A stretch of 60,186 nt of DNA, filler included. It is 8 parts of 8 records of this genome, joined end to end, with 100 filler letters (N's around TTAATTAATTAA, not from the genome) between each part and the next. Parts side by side here need not be neighbours in the genome. Positions count along the whole stretch, not along the records: positions 1 to 6,318 come from DRR723986_27247; positions 6,419 to 13,224 come from DRR723986_27321; 6 more parts are not named here. The stretch is one strand, 5' to 3'. A program made the translations under genes and the position numbers. Below the pieces are notes generated by a model. It was given only the letters and a program-made list of their open reading frames with translations. It had not been told where the DNA came from and made no database searches. This document shows positions 1 through 9,900 of the stretch, in pieces; positions within the stretch are counted from its first letter, which is position 1; the number at the start of each line of letters is the position of its first letter.

Positions 1-1
1 A

Positions 2-82
2 TACATCTGCAAGATCTGGACTTCAGAGCCGGACAGATTCATCACGAATCCGATTCACCAAATGCCGGGACTGAACACCTAA
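2..82 (+). mobile_element. IS481-family transposase, C-terminal fragment (cut by contig start)
   Basis: Frame 2 reads YICKIWTSEPDRFITNPIHQMPGLNT*, which I recognise as the C-terminus of alphaproteobacterial IS481-family transposases. Too short for the ORF track. Confidence 0.8.
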
Positions 83-292
83 TGGTCGGTTAACCACTTT
101 GTTCGATTGGCCAGGATCTTCCAGAATCATCGCCACAATTGGACGAAATCCACGTAAATATTCAACAAAGCCTTTGGGTTAGTTCGCGCGAGCAGAAAAT
201 ATCTAGAAGGGTATCGGCTTCGCTAGACGCGGTCTTTATCCTTATCAATCAATGCGTTATCTAGCGCAAGCCCCGCGGGACCAAGTTGGTGC

Positions 293-301
293 TGTGGATA
301 A
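293..301 (-). promoter_or_regulatory. Consensus DnaA box upstream of repA
   Basis: TGTGGATAA is the reverse complement of TTATCCACA. It is a single copy, so it could be chance. Confidence 0.35.
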
Positions 302-441
302 CTCTTTCACTACATCTAGATTCTTCTTGCCGGACTCAGATGTTCGTGGCATGCCCATTCTGACGGCAAAGCGCGTCAGACGCGGCTTCGACCGTCAGAA
401 CGACAAAGAGCCTTAACAAAGGCCATGAGAGGCGGCAGAAC

Positions 442-1641
442 ATGGATGATCGAAATACGGGCTACGCGCAAGGCATAGGCTCTTCCGACATCGGAGCATT
501 CGCAGATAGTCTTGCTGAGTCGCTTGACCGGCAGATGAAAGTTGCGTTCGAGCCGGAAGAACGCAAGTCCTTGCGCCGCTTCAGCTCTACCGAGGTCGCC
601 GAGTTGCTGCGCGTCAGTACGTCGAACCTGCGCAACCGCCACAAAGATGGCAGCTTCCCAGAAGTTCACTCTGACGGTCGCGGTCATAGGTTCTACACGG
701 CCGAAGAAGTTGACGACCTCCGCAACATTTTGGCGCGGACAGGCAAAAATGCTGACGCGTACAGACCTGGCCGCCGAGACGGTGACCGTCTTCAGGTCAT
801 TTCGGTCGTGAATTTCAAAGGCGGCAGCTCGAAGACAACAGCGACGATCCATTTGGCACACAGGTATGCCCTGCGTGGCTACCGCGTGCTTGTGCTGGAC
901 CTCGACCCGCAGGCCAGTTTGACGACATTTTTCGGTTTCCGGCCTGAGCTCGAATTCGCCGAAGGCGGCACAGTCTACGACGCACTAAGATACGATGATC
1001 AGGTTCCGCTCTCGGAGGTCATCCAGAAAACATACTTCCACAAGCTCGACATGGTCCCGGCGGGATTGATGTTGTCCGAGTACGAAACCGAGACAGCGAA
1101 TGCCCTTGCGCGCAGGGTTCAGCCGATTTTCGCAGAGCGTCTTGCTCTGGCGCTAGAGGAAGTCGACTCAGACTATGACATCGTGCTGATCGATTGCCCT
1201 CCGCAGTTGGGCTTCCTGACATTGACAGCATTGGCAGCGTCCACGGGCTTACTTGTGACGGTCGTCCCCGGCATGCTCGACATCGCTTCGATGAGTCAGT
1301 TCCTCAAACTCGCTTCGGAAACGGTCAAAGCCGTCGAAGAGGCGATTGGACGACAGGTCACTTGGGACTTCGTAAAGTTCCTGATCACACGCTACGAGCC
1401 GTCGGACGGACCACAAACGCAAATGGCCGGGTACCTGCGTTCAATCCTTGCGGGCCAAGTCATGACTGAACCAATGCTGAAGTCGACAGCCATTTCTGAC
1501 GCCGGCATGACTCAGCAAACCATCTATGAGGTAGACCCGGGCCAGCTCATTCGGAAGACAATTGATCGAGCTTTGACAAGCGTGAACAGCGTTGCCGATG
1601 AGTTGGAGCAGACAATCCAAATGGCGTGGGGGCGTCGCTGA
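442..1641 (+). CDS. repA: Plasmid partitioning ATPase RepA (ParA family)
   Basis: N-terminal HTH region, deviant Walker A NFKGGSSKTT, DLDPQASLT and IDCPPQLG motifs; first gene of a repABC operon. Confidence 0.95.
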   Translation: MDDRNTGYAQGIGSSDIGAFADSLAESLDRQMKVAFEPEERKSLRRFSSTEVAELLRVSTSNLRNRHKDGSFPEVHSDGRGHRFYTAEEVDDLRNILARTGKNADAYRPGRRDGDRLQVISVVNFKGGSSKTTATIHLAHRYALRGYRVLVLDLDPQASLTTFFGFRPELEFAEGGTVYDALRYDDQVPLSEVIQKTYFHKLDMVPAGLMLSEYETETANALARRVQPIFAERLALALEEVDSDYDIVLIDCPPQLGFLTLTALAASTGLLVTVVPGMLDIASMSQFLKLASETVKAVEEAIGRQVTWDFVKFLITRYEPSDGPQTQMAGYLRSILAGQVMTEPMLKSTAISDAGMTQQTIYEVDPGQLIRKTIDRALTSVNSVADELEQTIQMAWGRR

Positions 1642-2609
1642 TGGCTCGAAAGATCTTCAACCAGCCACCGAAAGACGAGAAAGAGTCGGCAGCCCCCTCC
1701 CCTGCCCCGGCCAAATCCTCGAAGCTACCCGGCTCGGTTGGCGGATTGCGGGACTCTCTCCGAGAAATCACTGCCAACTCAATCCGAGATATCGAACCCG
1801 ACCGGATCGATATGGATGGTCTTCGGGATCGCCTGACCCTGCAAGATAGTAGCATTGAAGATCTCGCCGAAAGCATTCGCAAGCATGGTCAGCAAGTGCC
1901 GATCATGGTTCGCCCCTCTGACCAACCGGATCGATACCGCATCATCTACGGGCGTCGCAGGCTTGCAGCCATTCGAAGAGTTGGTGGAACCGTCAAAGCA
2001 ATTGTTCGAACGCTCGATGATGATGCTTCTCTGATCGCGCAAGGTCAGGAAAACAACCTGCGGCTGGACCCTTCCTTCATTGAAAAATCTCTTTTTATCA
2101 AAGAGATGCAGGAGGCCGGTTACAAGCCTGGCGTCATTCAGGACGCCCTGGGCCTCACCCGGCAAGGTGTGTCGAACCATCGTGTAGTCATCGAGCAGCT
2201 GCCTGACGAACTTGTCCGGCTTATCGGCCCGGCTCACGGCGTAGGTCGACGCCAATGGGGTGATCTTGCTGCACTTTCAGAAAAGGTTCCGCTTGTCGAC
2301 ATTGCGCGTGAAACACTTGCCTCTCTGCCTGACACCACACCAAGCTCGGACAAGTTTCAAGCCGTATATGTCGCTTGCTCCAGCAAGGCGCGTGGTGCAG
2401 CCAACCAAAGCGCCCGTGGCCAAACGACCGTGGTAAAGGACAATAGTGGTAGCCCAGTCGGCACACTTTCAGTCGATGGCAAGTCGATCGCTATCAAGAT
2501 CACCCGCAAGGACAACCCGGAATTCGGCCAATGGCTCGAAGAGCGCGCGGAAACCACTCTGCGACAGCTTTTTGAACAATGGCAGAATGAGAGAGGCTCG
2601 GGGAGCTGA
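1641..2609 (+). CDS. repB: Plasmid partitioning protein RepB (ParB family)
   Basis: GQQVPIMVRP, YGRRRL and QGQEN..R.D.SFIEK motifs; ATG at 1641 overlaps the repA stop (TGATG). Confidence 0.95.
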   Translation: MARKIFNQPPKDEKESAAPSPAPAKSSKLPGSVGGLRDSLREITANSIRDIEPDRIDMDGLRDRLTLQDSSIEDLAESIRKHGQQVPIMVRPSDQPDRYRIIYGRRRLAAIRRVGGTVKAIVRTLDDDASLIAQGQENNLRLDPSFIEKSLFIKEMQEAGYKPGVIQDALGLTRQGVSNHRVVIEQLPDELVRLIGPAHGVGRRQWGDLAALSEKVPLVDIARETLASLPDTTPSSDKFQAVYVACSSKARGAANQSARGQTTVVKDNSGSPVGTLSVDGKSIAIKITRKDNPEFGQWLEERAETTLRQLFEQWQNERGSGS

Positions 2610-2656
2610 TCCCCGGTCATAACCAAAAAACACGAGCAGAGGAGAAAGGCGAAGAC

Positions 2657-2713
2657 CAAAAAGAAAAGAGCCCCCCAAGGTTTCCCCCGGAGAGCCCTCA
2701 TCATCTGATTAGC
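2657..2713 (-). ncRNA. Counter-transcribed RNA (ctRNA/incA) of the repABC replicon
   Basis: Lies in the repB-repC intergenic region. The minus strand has a GC hairpin (gagggctctccggggg...ggggggctc) followed by a T-rich tail, just downstream of a sigma70-like promoter. This is the established location for repABC ctRNAs; ends are approximate. Confidence 0.75.
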
Positions 2714-2719
2714 ACCTGT

Positions 2720-2748
2720 GATGTAGCAATTTCCGACATACCCGTCAA
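2720..2748 (-). promoter_or_regulatory. ctRNA promoter
   Basis: Minus strand TTGACG (2748-2743), 17-nt spacer, TACATC (2725-2720); GANTC sites adjacent at 2749 and 2757. Confidence 0.7.
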
Positions 2749-2850
2749 GAGTCACCGATTCGGTGGACGTCTTTTTGTTGCCTTTTCTCGCCAGAACTTG
2801 CGAGAAGAGCCGGGGAAGTTGTGGGCCGCAACGGTCGTCGTTCAACAAAC

Positions 2851-3930
2851 ATGGCATTCACAAAGCTTTCCGTTCAGACCTTTGACGTCGGCAAGGGCAC
2901 CCCCGCCACGTCCACACCTGAAACCGACATGTGGGCAGTCTTCCGCGCGCTCAGAGACACTCGCAGCATGTTTGGTCTCCGTCCAGGACATGTTCAAACG
3001 CTCCAGGCGATGTTGAGCTTTCTCAAGCTTGGGCACGGTGACACAGTGTTCGCCTCCAACGAGGAGATCTGCCGTCGCGTCGGCGGTATCGATGAGCGAA
3101 CCCTCCGTAGGCACATCGATCGCTTTGTTGAACTAGGTTTCATGAAGCGCCACGACAGCCCAAATCGCAAAAGATACAGAGTGAAGTCGTCCGACGGACA
3201 ATCCATTAGCTATGGTTTGTCACTGGCGCCGTTGCTCGCACGGGCCGCCGAACTACTTGCGGCAGCCCAAGCGATGGAAAACGCTCGTCGGGATCGCGTG
3301 TTCTTGCGAAAGCAAATCCTAACAAAACTTGCGCAGATCGACGAAGCTGACCCTGAGAACGAATTCACTCATCAGGTACGTCGAGTTCTTCGGAGGAAGC
3401 TCTCGATCGCGGAGTATCGTGCTTTGCTCGACGAACTGGAAGCTCAATGCAAACAGGCGTCCACCGCGGTGGACGCACCTGAAACGATGAAACTGCCCGC
3501 CAATGACGGACGAACTGTCCGGCACCATTCTAAGTCTAAAAAAGAACAAAAAGATTTAGAAAGCGGAACGGACAGCGAAACATGTGCCCTGCAAACACTC
3601 ACAACAGTTTGTGACCAGGCTACATCGTTCGCAACGAACTCACTTAGGAACTGGCACGATATCGAAAGCCACGCGAGAACGCTCGCTCCAATGATGGGAA
3701 TCCACGATAGCACCTTCGAAAAGGCTGCTAAGAAGATAGGCTCTCAAAAAGCATCATGCGCTATCTTCATAATTCTCCAAATGGGCAATCGCATCCGAGA
3801 CTTTGGAGCGTATTTCCACAGCATCACGCTCGGTCGCAGAGAAACTGATTTCAATCCATCATTGTTGCTGGAGAGGCTTTCTCGCTATGAGACTGCTACG
3901 ACACGACGTCCACCGCGGTGGACAAATTGA
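2851..3930 (+). CDS. repC: Replication initiator RepC
   Basis: TVFASNEEI, ERTLRRHI..FVELG, RHDSPNRKRY, YGLSLAPL and APMMGI motifs; third gene of repABC; ATG at 2851. Confidence 0.93.
   Translation: MAFTKLSVQTFDVGKGTPATSTPETDMWAVFRALRDTRSMFGLRPGHVQTLQAMLSFLKLGHGDTVFASNEEICRRVGGIDERTLRRHIDRFVELGFMKRHDSPNRKRYRVKSSDGQSISYGLSLAPLLARAAELLAAAQAMENARRDRVFLRKQILTKLAQIDEADPENEFTHQVRRVLRRKLSIAEYRALLDELEAQCKQASTAVDAPETMKLPANDGRTVRHHSKSKKEQKDLESGTDSETCALQTLTTVCDQATSFATNSLRNWHDIESHARTLAPMMGIHDSTFEKAAKKIGSQKASCAIFIILQMGNRIRDFGAYFHSITLGRRETDFNPSLLLERLSRYETATTRRPPRWTN
3457..3476. repeat. Perfect 20-bp palindrome GCGTCCACCGCGGTGGACGC inside repC (candidate parS)
   Basis: Perfect palindrome; its 16-bp core recurs at 3908-3923. 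Confidence 0.65.
3908..3923. repeat. 16-bp palindrome GTCCACCGCGGTGGAC at the repC 3' end (candidate parS)
   Basis: Identical to the core of 3457-3476; size and position fit RepB-binding sites. Confidence 0.65.
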
Positions 3931-4013
3931 GAGGTAGAGAAGGGCTGTGAAAAGGGTGACGGGACGTGAAATCGGGAGAGTGGCTTCCGTCACCCGTCGT
4001 TGGGAACAATCTG

Positions 4014-4196
4014 ATGGCGAAATCTGCCCAGAAAGTCACCCTGTTCCCGTCCTAGTACATTCCCTTCGTCAAGCTCGTACTGAGCCAGTCCAACCTCGGG
4101 CGCATCAAGGCTGGCATCTCGATCGAGGAACTGGCCGAAGACATCGCCCGCCGCAGATTGCTGCAAAGTCTGAGCGTTCGGCCCGTTCTGGCGGAT
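4014..4196 (+). pseudogene. N-terminal remnant of a ParB/Spo0J-like plasmid protein
   Basis: Reads MAKSAQKVTLFPS*YIPFVKLVLSQSNLGRIKAGISIEELAEDIARRRLLQSLSVRPVLAD, with an internal TAG, then runs abruptly into DUF1403 sequence. Confidence 0.7.
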
Positions 4197-5055
4197 CCCC
4201 TCATCGCCCTTGGCACCCCGTCCCGGATGCCTCCTGGGCCTCTTCAGCGCGCGCGGAAGCATGTGAAGATGTTGCGTTCTTTTCAGGCGCTGCGCTGAGC
4301 CATCTGCATCTGGTGATTGGGTGAAAAGAGGTGCTGCATGCCTTGCTGCGCGATAGGCTGACGCTGCGGGCGGCGGAGGCTTGTGTCGCGTTTTCCGGGC
4401 ATCCCGAGCGAGCCGCAGATCTGCGCGACGCGATCTACCTTCTGCGCCCCGGCGACCTGCCCGGACCAGCCGGGGAAACCTGCCTGGAATGGCGCCGGGC
4501 TGCGGAGCGGCCCCTCTTGCTCAAGGTGCTGGCCCGCGCGTTGCCGGGCACTGAGCCAGGCCAGATCGCGACATGGCTCGACGCGGGACGCGGAGCGCCG
4601 GTGATCCGTGCGGCGATGGTGCTGGAGGCGGTGCTGGCCGAAGCACCGCGCGCGACGACGCCAGCGCTGGTCCTGGCTGATACCGCCCTCGCGCAGGCCG
4701 TTGGCTGGCCTCATCTGGTCCCGCTGCTGGCCGTGGGCCTGAAGCGTGCCGATTTGCGCAAGCAGGGCGAGGACCTGCGGCTGGCCTGTCATCGCGCGTT
4801 GACCGGATCGGTCTCGGAGGCGGTTCGGCTTTCTGCCGACCTTTCCCGCCGGGCGGCGCATCTAAGGGCGATAGCTCCGAAGCTGCGGGCCAAGGCGGCG
4901 GGCGCCGCCGTCGAGATACTCCTGACCCGCGACGCCGTGGCGCCGTGGCGCCCTCGGCCCTGCCGTTGCCCGATCGCGCCGCGCGACGGCCGGTCGATCT
5001 CGGTGCGGTGCGCGAACTGACGGGCCGCTACACCTTCCGGCTCTATGGGGTCTGA
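4197..5055 (+). pseudogene. DUF1403-family protein, pseudogene
   Basis: EDVAFFSGAAL, RDRLTLRAAEACV, LRAKAAGAAV and, in another frame, RELTGRYTFRLYGV*. There is an in-frame TGA at 4322-4324 and frameshifts; it sits directly before scpB, as is usual for this family. Confidence 0.75.
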
Positions 5056-5156
5056 GCGATGGCCAACTGTGCGCATCGGAATGCCATTGGTCCGAATGAT
5101 GATGCGGACGGGAACCGGTTTTGCGGTTCGGCCATGCGACGAGGAAAGGTCTTGTG

Positions 5157-5576
5157 ATGGCGAGAGATCGACGCGACCCTGAACTTGACCGCGAGCTGGC
5201 GGACCTGCCGCCGGAGCTGCGCTGGCGCGAATGGATGTGCGGGATCGCGGCCGTGCTCTTTGCCTCTGCCTCGCCGGTGCCGCGCGACGACCTGGCGCGG
5301 ATCGTGGGGCAGGGGGCCTCGGTCGACCTGCTGCTTGCAGACCTTGCCGCCGATCTGGAGGGCCGGGCGGTCGAGATCGCCTTGGTCGTCGGCGGCTGGA
5401 TGTTCCGGACGCGCGCCACCTACGCCCCCGCGATCCGTGCTGCGGCGGATGTCGGGGATCAATTTCTGGACCTGAGCGAATTCGACGTCGCTGTGCTCGC
5501 CGCCATCGCCTACCACCAGCCGATCACCCGCGACGGGTTGAAGGACATCTTCAGCAAGGAGATTAGGCAGCGTTGA
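5157..5576 (+). pseudogene. scpB: Plasmid-type SMC-Scp subunit ScpB, truncated by IS insertion
   Basis: AVLFASASPV, GGWMFRTR and LAAIAYHQPITR motifs; homology stops at KEI, where the IS end begins (about 5565). Confidence 0.8.
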
Positions 5577-6288
5577 CAAAAGGGATTCACAGTCGCTGTT
5601 GGGCGTGATTCAAGCTGGCAACTGCGATGGAGGCCAGCTTGGCACGAGACCTGATGTCAGTCGAGGAATGGGCGTTCTTTGAGCGGTTCATCCTGGCAGT
5701 CCGTGCGCCCAACGGGCGCAAACCTACAAACCACCGCCTTGTTCTCGAGGGGATTTTCTGGATCGCTCGCACCGGCGCCCCGTGGCGAGACTTGCCGGCA
5801 GAGTTTGGGAAATGGTCCAGCGTCTATCGGCAATTCCGGCGTTGGACACTGGCGGGGCTGTGGAAGCAGATTATGGACGCCCTGAACGAAAGCGAGGCCG
5901 TTCCGCAAGCACTCCTGATGATTGATAGCACGGTCATTCGCGCGCACCATCAGGTAGCGGGCGCTAAAGGGGGACTCCCACAACAGGGTTTTGGCCGTTC
6001 ACGAGGTGGGTTTACGACCAAGATCCACCTTCTCGTCAATGCCGCCGGGCTGCCCATGAGGACCGAGATCACCGCTGGGCAAACCTCCGACTATCTTGGC
6101 TTTGATCTGGTCATGGCTGATAACCTGCCAACGCGAAGCGTTCTGCTGGCTGATCGGGGCTATGACGCTGACAGAGTTCGCAAATCCATGGACACGCGTG
6201 ATGTTCTCCCGGTCATCCCGATGCGCAAATCACTCAAGATGCGTGTCGGCGTCGACCGGTCTTTGTATCGCCTGCGCAACCTGGTCGA
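5565..6288 (+). mobile_element. IS5-family (IS427-like) element; transposase from 5627, 3' end missing
   Basis: GIFWIARTGAPWRDLP.EFG.W.SVY..FRRW, IDST.IRAH, GRSRGG.TTKIH, LADRGYD and LYRLRNLVE motifs. Left end is TA|GGCAGCGTTGACAAA; sequence switches to IS481 DNA at 6289. Confidence 0.88.
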
Positions 6289-6318
6289 AAGTCCAGATCT
6301 TGCAGATGTATTCGTAGG
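6289..6318 (-). mobile_element. Second, inverted IS481 fragment
   Basis: 6289-6311 is the exact reverse complement of 1-23; the minus strand reads YEYICKIWT. Confidence 0.75.
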
Positions 6319-6418
6319 NNNNNNNNNNNNNNNNNNNNNNNNNNNNNNNNNNNNNNNNNNNNTTAATTAATTAANNNNNNNNNNNNNNNNNNNNNNNNNN
6401 NNNNNNNNNNNNNNNNNN
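6319..6418. other. Artificial contig linker (also at 13225-13324, 22362-22461, 30045-30144, 40125-40224, 48052-48151, 53558-53657)
   Basis: 100-nt N runs containing ttaattaattaa (stops in all six frames). Confidence 0.98.
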
Positions 6419-6455
6419 CGCGCACACACACAGAGCCTCGTGAGCACACACTCAC

Positions 6456-6725
6456 AGGCCCGTTCAGGCATATGATGCGCTCCTTCAACAAGCGCGAGTA
6501 GATGTCAAAGCTTCGCTCGCCGCGGGGGGTTTGTTCCAGCACCATCGGCACGAGGTACGTGTGCCGGCGCTGCCCTCGGCTTCCAAACGGCGAGGCCGTG
6601 TGCGCACAGGCCCACAGTGGTGTGCCCCTCGCCATGCTCGTCAGAGGGCGGTGCTGTGACGACCAAGCCTGCTGGACGCGCGCACGCGCCGACCAACACG
6701 AGCGCAACGAGCACACCAACGACAT
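6456..6725 (-). CDS. clpP: Eukaryotic ClpP protease, first coding exon with probable mitochondrial presequence
   Basis: [33 protein letters not shown] is followed by a GTGAGT splice donor (6455-6450). The N-terminal extension is Arg/Ser-rich with no acidic residues. Confidence 0.88.
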
Positions 6726-6973
6726 GACGGGCGAGATCCACGTTTGCCTTGCCCTTTCCCTTTGTTTGCCTTGCTTGCTCGGGTCTTGCTTTGGTTGGGC
6801 CTTGCTTGGTGTGGCCCTGCCCTGCCTTGCTTGGGTTGAACCCGTGCACACGCAGCACGCCACGTGCCTTGCCTTTTGTTTGCAAGAGGAAATCACAAAA
6901 TCCCAACGCCCCCGCCTGCTCCAAAAAAAAAACAAAATCCAAACTCCTCAGTGCGTCAAAACAAGCCAAAAAG

Positions 6974-9900
6974 TCAAAACGGCAAGAGCGAGAGGAGCTT
7001 CTTCGCGGGCCCGCCCTCGTCGTCCTTCTTGTCCTTCTTGCCCTCGTCTTCGTCCTCGCACTTGCGGTACTCGTCCGTGCCGTCCGACCCCATGGTCAGC
7101 TCCCAGTTGCGCTTGGGCACGGCCAGCGCGCAGTTGACGTCGAACCCCGTCCACGAGCCGGTCGCAGCCCAGCGCCCAATGTCCAGCTCAAAGCAGGCAC
7201 GAGGTCCGTTGTGGAACATCAGACGGCCCTTGCCCTGCAGCAGCTCCGACCACAGCCCCACCACGCGCACCATGCTCAGCTGGCCCTCGGGGAGCACGTC
7301 CGGCAGCACCTTGGTGCCGTGCGTGAAGATCTTGAGCAGCCACGCCACCTCCTTGACCGTCACCTTCTTGCCCCGCCCCCACCACCCGCTCGAGATGGCC
7401 GTCTTGCCCGCCATGGTGTTCCGCACGAGCTCGGCGCTGCCCACGCGGATGTCCAGCATCGCGTCGTTCACGCCCACCTGGCCGAGCTGGCCCAGCTGCA
7501 CCACCACGAAAATGCGCGTGTCCTCGGTGCCGAGGTGGACTTCGAGGTGGATGGACTCGCCGCGTGCGCTGACGGAGATCGGGCCCGCGCGGTCGCCGAT
7601 GCGGACGCGGCCGCGGCCCTGCACGTCCAGCCCCACCACCGACGCAATGTCGTACCGCATTGCGCCGTCCAGCTGCACCTCGATGGCGGGCGGGCCGGGG
7701 AAGGTGGCCTCCACCTTGAAGCCTCCGCGGAGGAAGTTGGCCAGCAGGCCCTCCAGCAGGAACGCCATGTTCGCCTGCACGCGCACCTCCAGCGGCGTGC
7801 CCTCGAAGAGCGTGTTGTCGATGGCCACCAGGGCCAGCGCCTGCGTCAGGTCCGGCCCGACCCCCGCGTCCCCCCGCCCCGCCTTCTCGTCCTCCATCAG
7901 CTCCACCACAGACCCCGGCGCGATGCGCAACAGGGCGTCCACCACCTTGGCCTTCTCGCTGTCCTCCAAGCCCGTGAGGTTGGGCGCCATCGCCTCCTCG
8001 GCCTTGGCCCTGAGCTGCTGCGGGTCGCGCAGGGCAGGCCGCTGCCGGCGCCGCCGCGCCGCGTTGGGGCTGAGGCTGTTGGGGTCCGTCTCGTCCGCGC
8101 GCGCCGACTCCCACGCGCTCTTCACCCTCGCGAGCGGGCACTCGCTGAGGTCCACGATGGGCGTCTCCTGGGCCAGCGTGACGAGGTACCCGATGCCGCC
8201 CGTGCCCAGTCCCGACGTCACGTCCGCGTCCTTGTGGATGTTCTGCGCGAGCTCCCCCAGGATGGAGAACTGCAGCGTCCCCCTCACGCTGATGCCGTCG
8301 AACATCATTTGCGTGCGCTGCAACGGACCGAGCTTGGCCAGCGTCCGCGTCATCCCCGCGACCACCAGCGTCGTTGCCTTTGGCGTCCCGTCGCACGAGA
8401 GGAACCTGTCCACGCACGCACGCACAGACACGCGCGAACAGAAAGGTACTTTGGGTCAACAACGCAAACAAAACAACACACCCCTTGACAGGGGAGAGAG
8501 AGCGTGCGAGGAGCGCGCCACAACAACCCCGCTCCCCACTCACTCTTGCAACTCCTCCAAGAGGTCTTGCGCGGATGGAATGGTCGGCGGGAGGCGTCTC
8601 TGGCCCACAACGAACGGCAGCTCCAGCACAGAGTCGGGCGACAGCGTCAGCCCAGGGCGCTTCAGCTGCCCAGTCTCGGCGTCCTTCTTCCCCACGTCGG
8701 GGCTCGTGCAGTCGGACTTGACAACGTACGTCAGGCGCGCGCTGTGCGGGCTGAACGACTCCAGCCCCATCGCGTCGTGGCACAGCAGGCAGGCCGAGGT
8801 GGGCTCCGCCGGGTCCACGCTCACGCGCAGGTTCTCGAACAAGAAGGCGTTGTCGAAGCGGCTGGCCATGTCCTGCTTGGTCGCGGCGTCGCGCATGTCC
8901 CTGCGCAGCATCACGGCGGAGCGGCGCTCGGGCGGGAGCACCACGGGAAGCAGCCTCATCTCCAGCGACAGCTCGTTGATGGGACGAGCCGCCGCCAGCG
9001 CTTGGCCTTCCTCCGCCTCGCGCTCCCCTTTCCCCTCCTCCCCGCCCTCGCGCTCTCCCTTTGGCTCCCCTTGCTCCCCCTCCTGCTTTGCCTTGCCCCC
9101 CCCTTGCACGTCGCCGGGCGTGCCACCGAGCACGCACCCAGCGATCATGCGACCAAGCTTGACGCCGAGGAGCTTGGGCTCGTTGGGTTTCTGCTGGCGC
9201 GTGCGCATCAGGCCGGTCATGGGCTGCGGCAGGTCCAGACCGAACTGCACGGTGCCGTCGCCAAGGACGCGCACCACAAAGCGCATTTCCTCGGGCACGA
9301 GCCCCTTGCGCGGGAAGAAGGGCTCGAGGGACTCCGAGTAGACGCGGCTGCGGAGCAGCGTGCGCACGTACTTGACCATCACCTTCATGGGGTTTTCCTC
9401 GGCCTGCTGCTTGGCGAACTCCTCCACCTCGTCGCACCCGCTCTGCAGCGCGTCCGAGTCGACGTTCTGCGCGAACAGCCCGCGCAGCACGAGCTGACAG
9501 CGCTGCTTGACCGTGGACTGCGGCAGCACGGACACGATCTCGCGGTACACGCTCTTCACGCGGTCCACCATGCCGTGGTTGGTGAAGAAGAGGTGGGTGT
9601 CCAGCCAGCGCGTTGCGGCCGCGAACCCGAGCCCGTTGAGCAGCTCGGTGATGCCCGACGTGGGCGGGGTGAACTCCAGGGCGTCGGCCGTGGGCCGCAC
9701 CTCGGCCAGGAACTCCAGCATCAGCGGCGTTTGCGTGTCCTCGCCGGAGAACCCCTTGAGGTCCATCGCGCCGAACCGCGCCACCACCTTGCCCCCTCCG
9801 AACGTGAACTCGAACTCGCGCGCGGTTGCCCCGGAGCTGGTCGGGTCCGCGGCGGTCGGCACCAGCCTGGCCTGCACGCGGCTCCCGACGTTGCTGTCCT

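Noticed and set aside
6319..6418. Recurring ttaattaattaa motif within N runs
   Set aside because: Artificial contig linker; ORFs running into X residues are artefacts.
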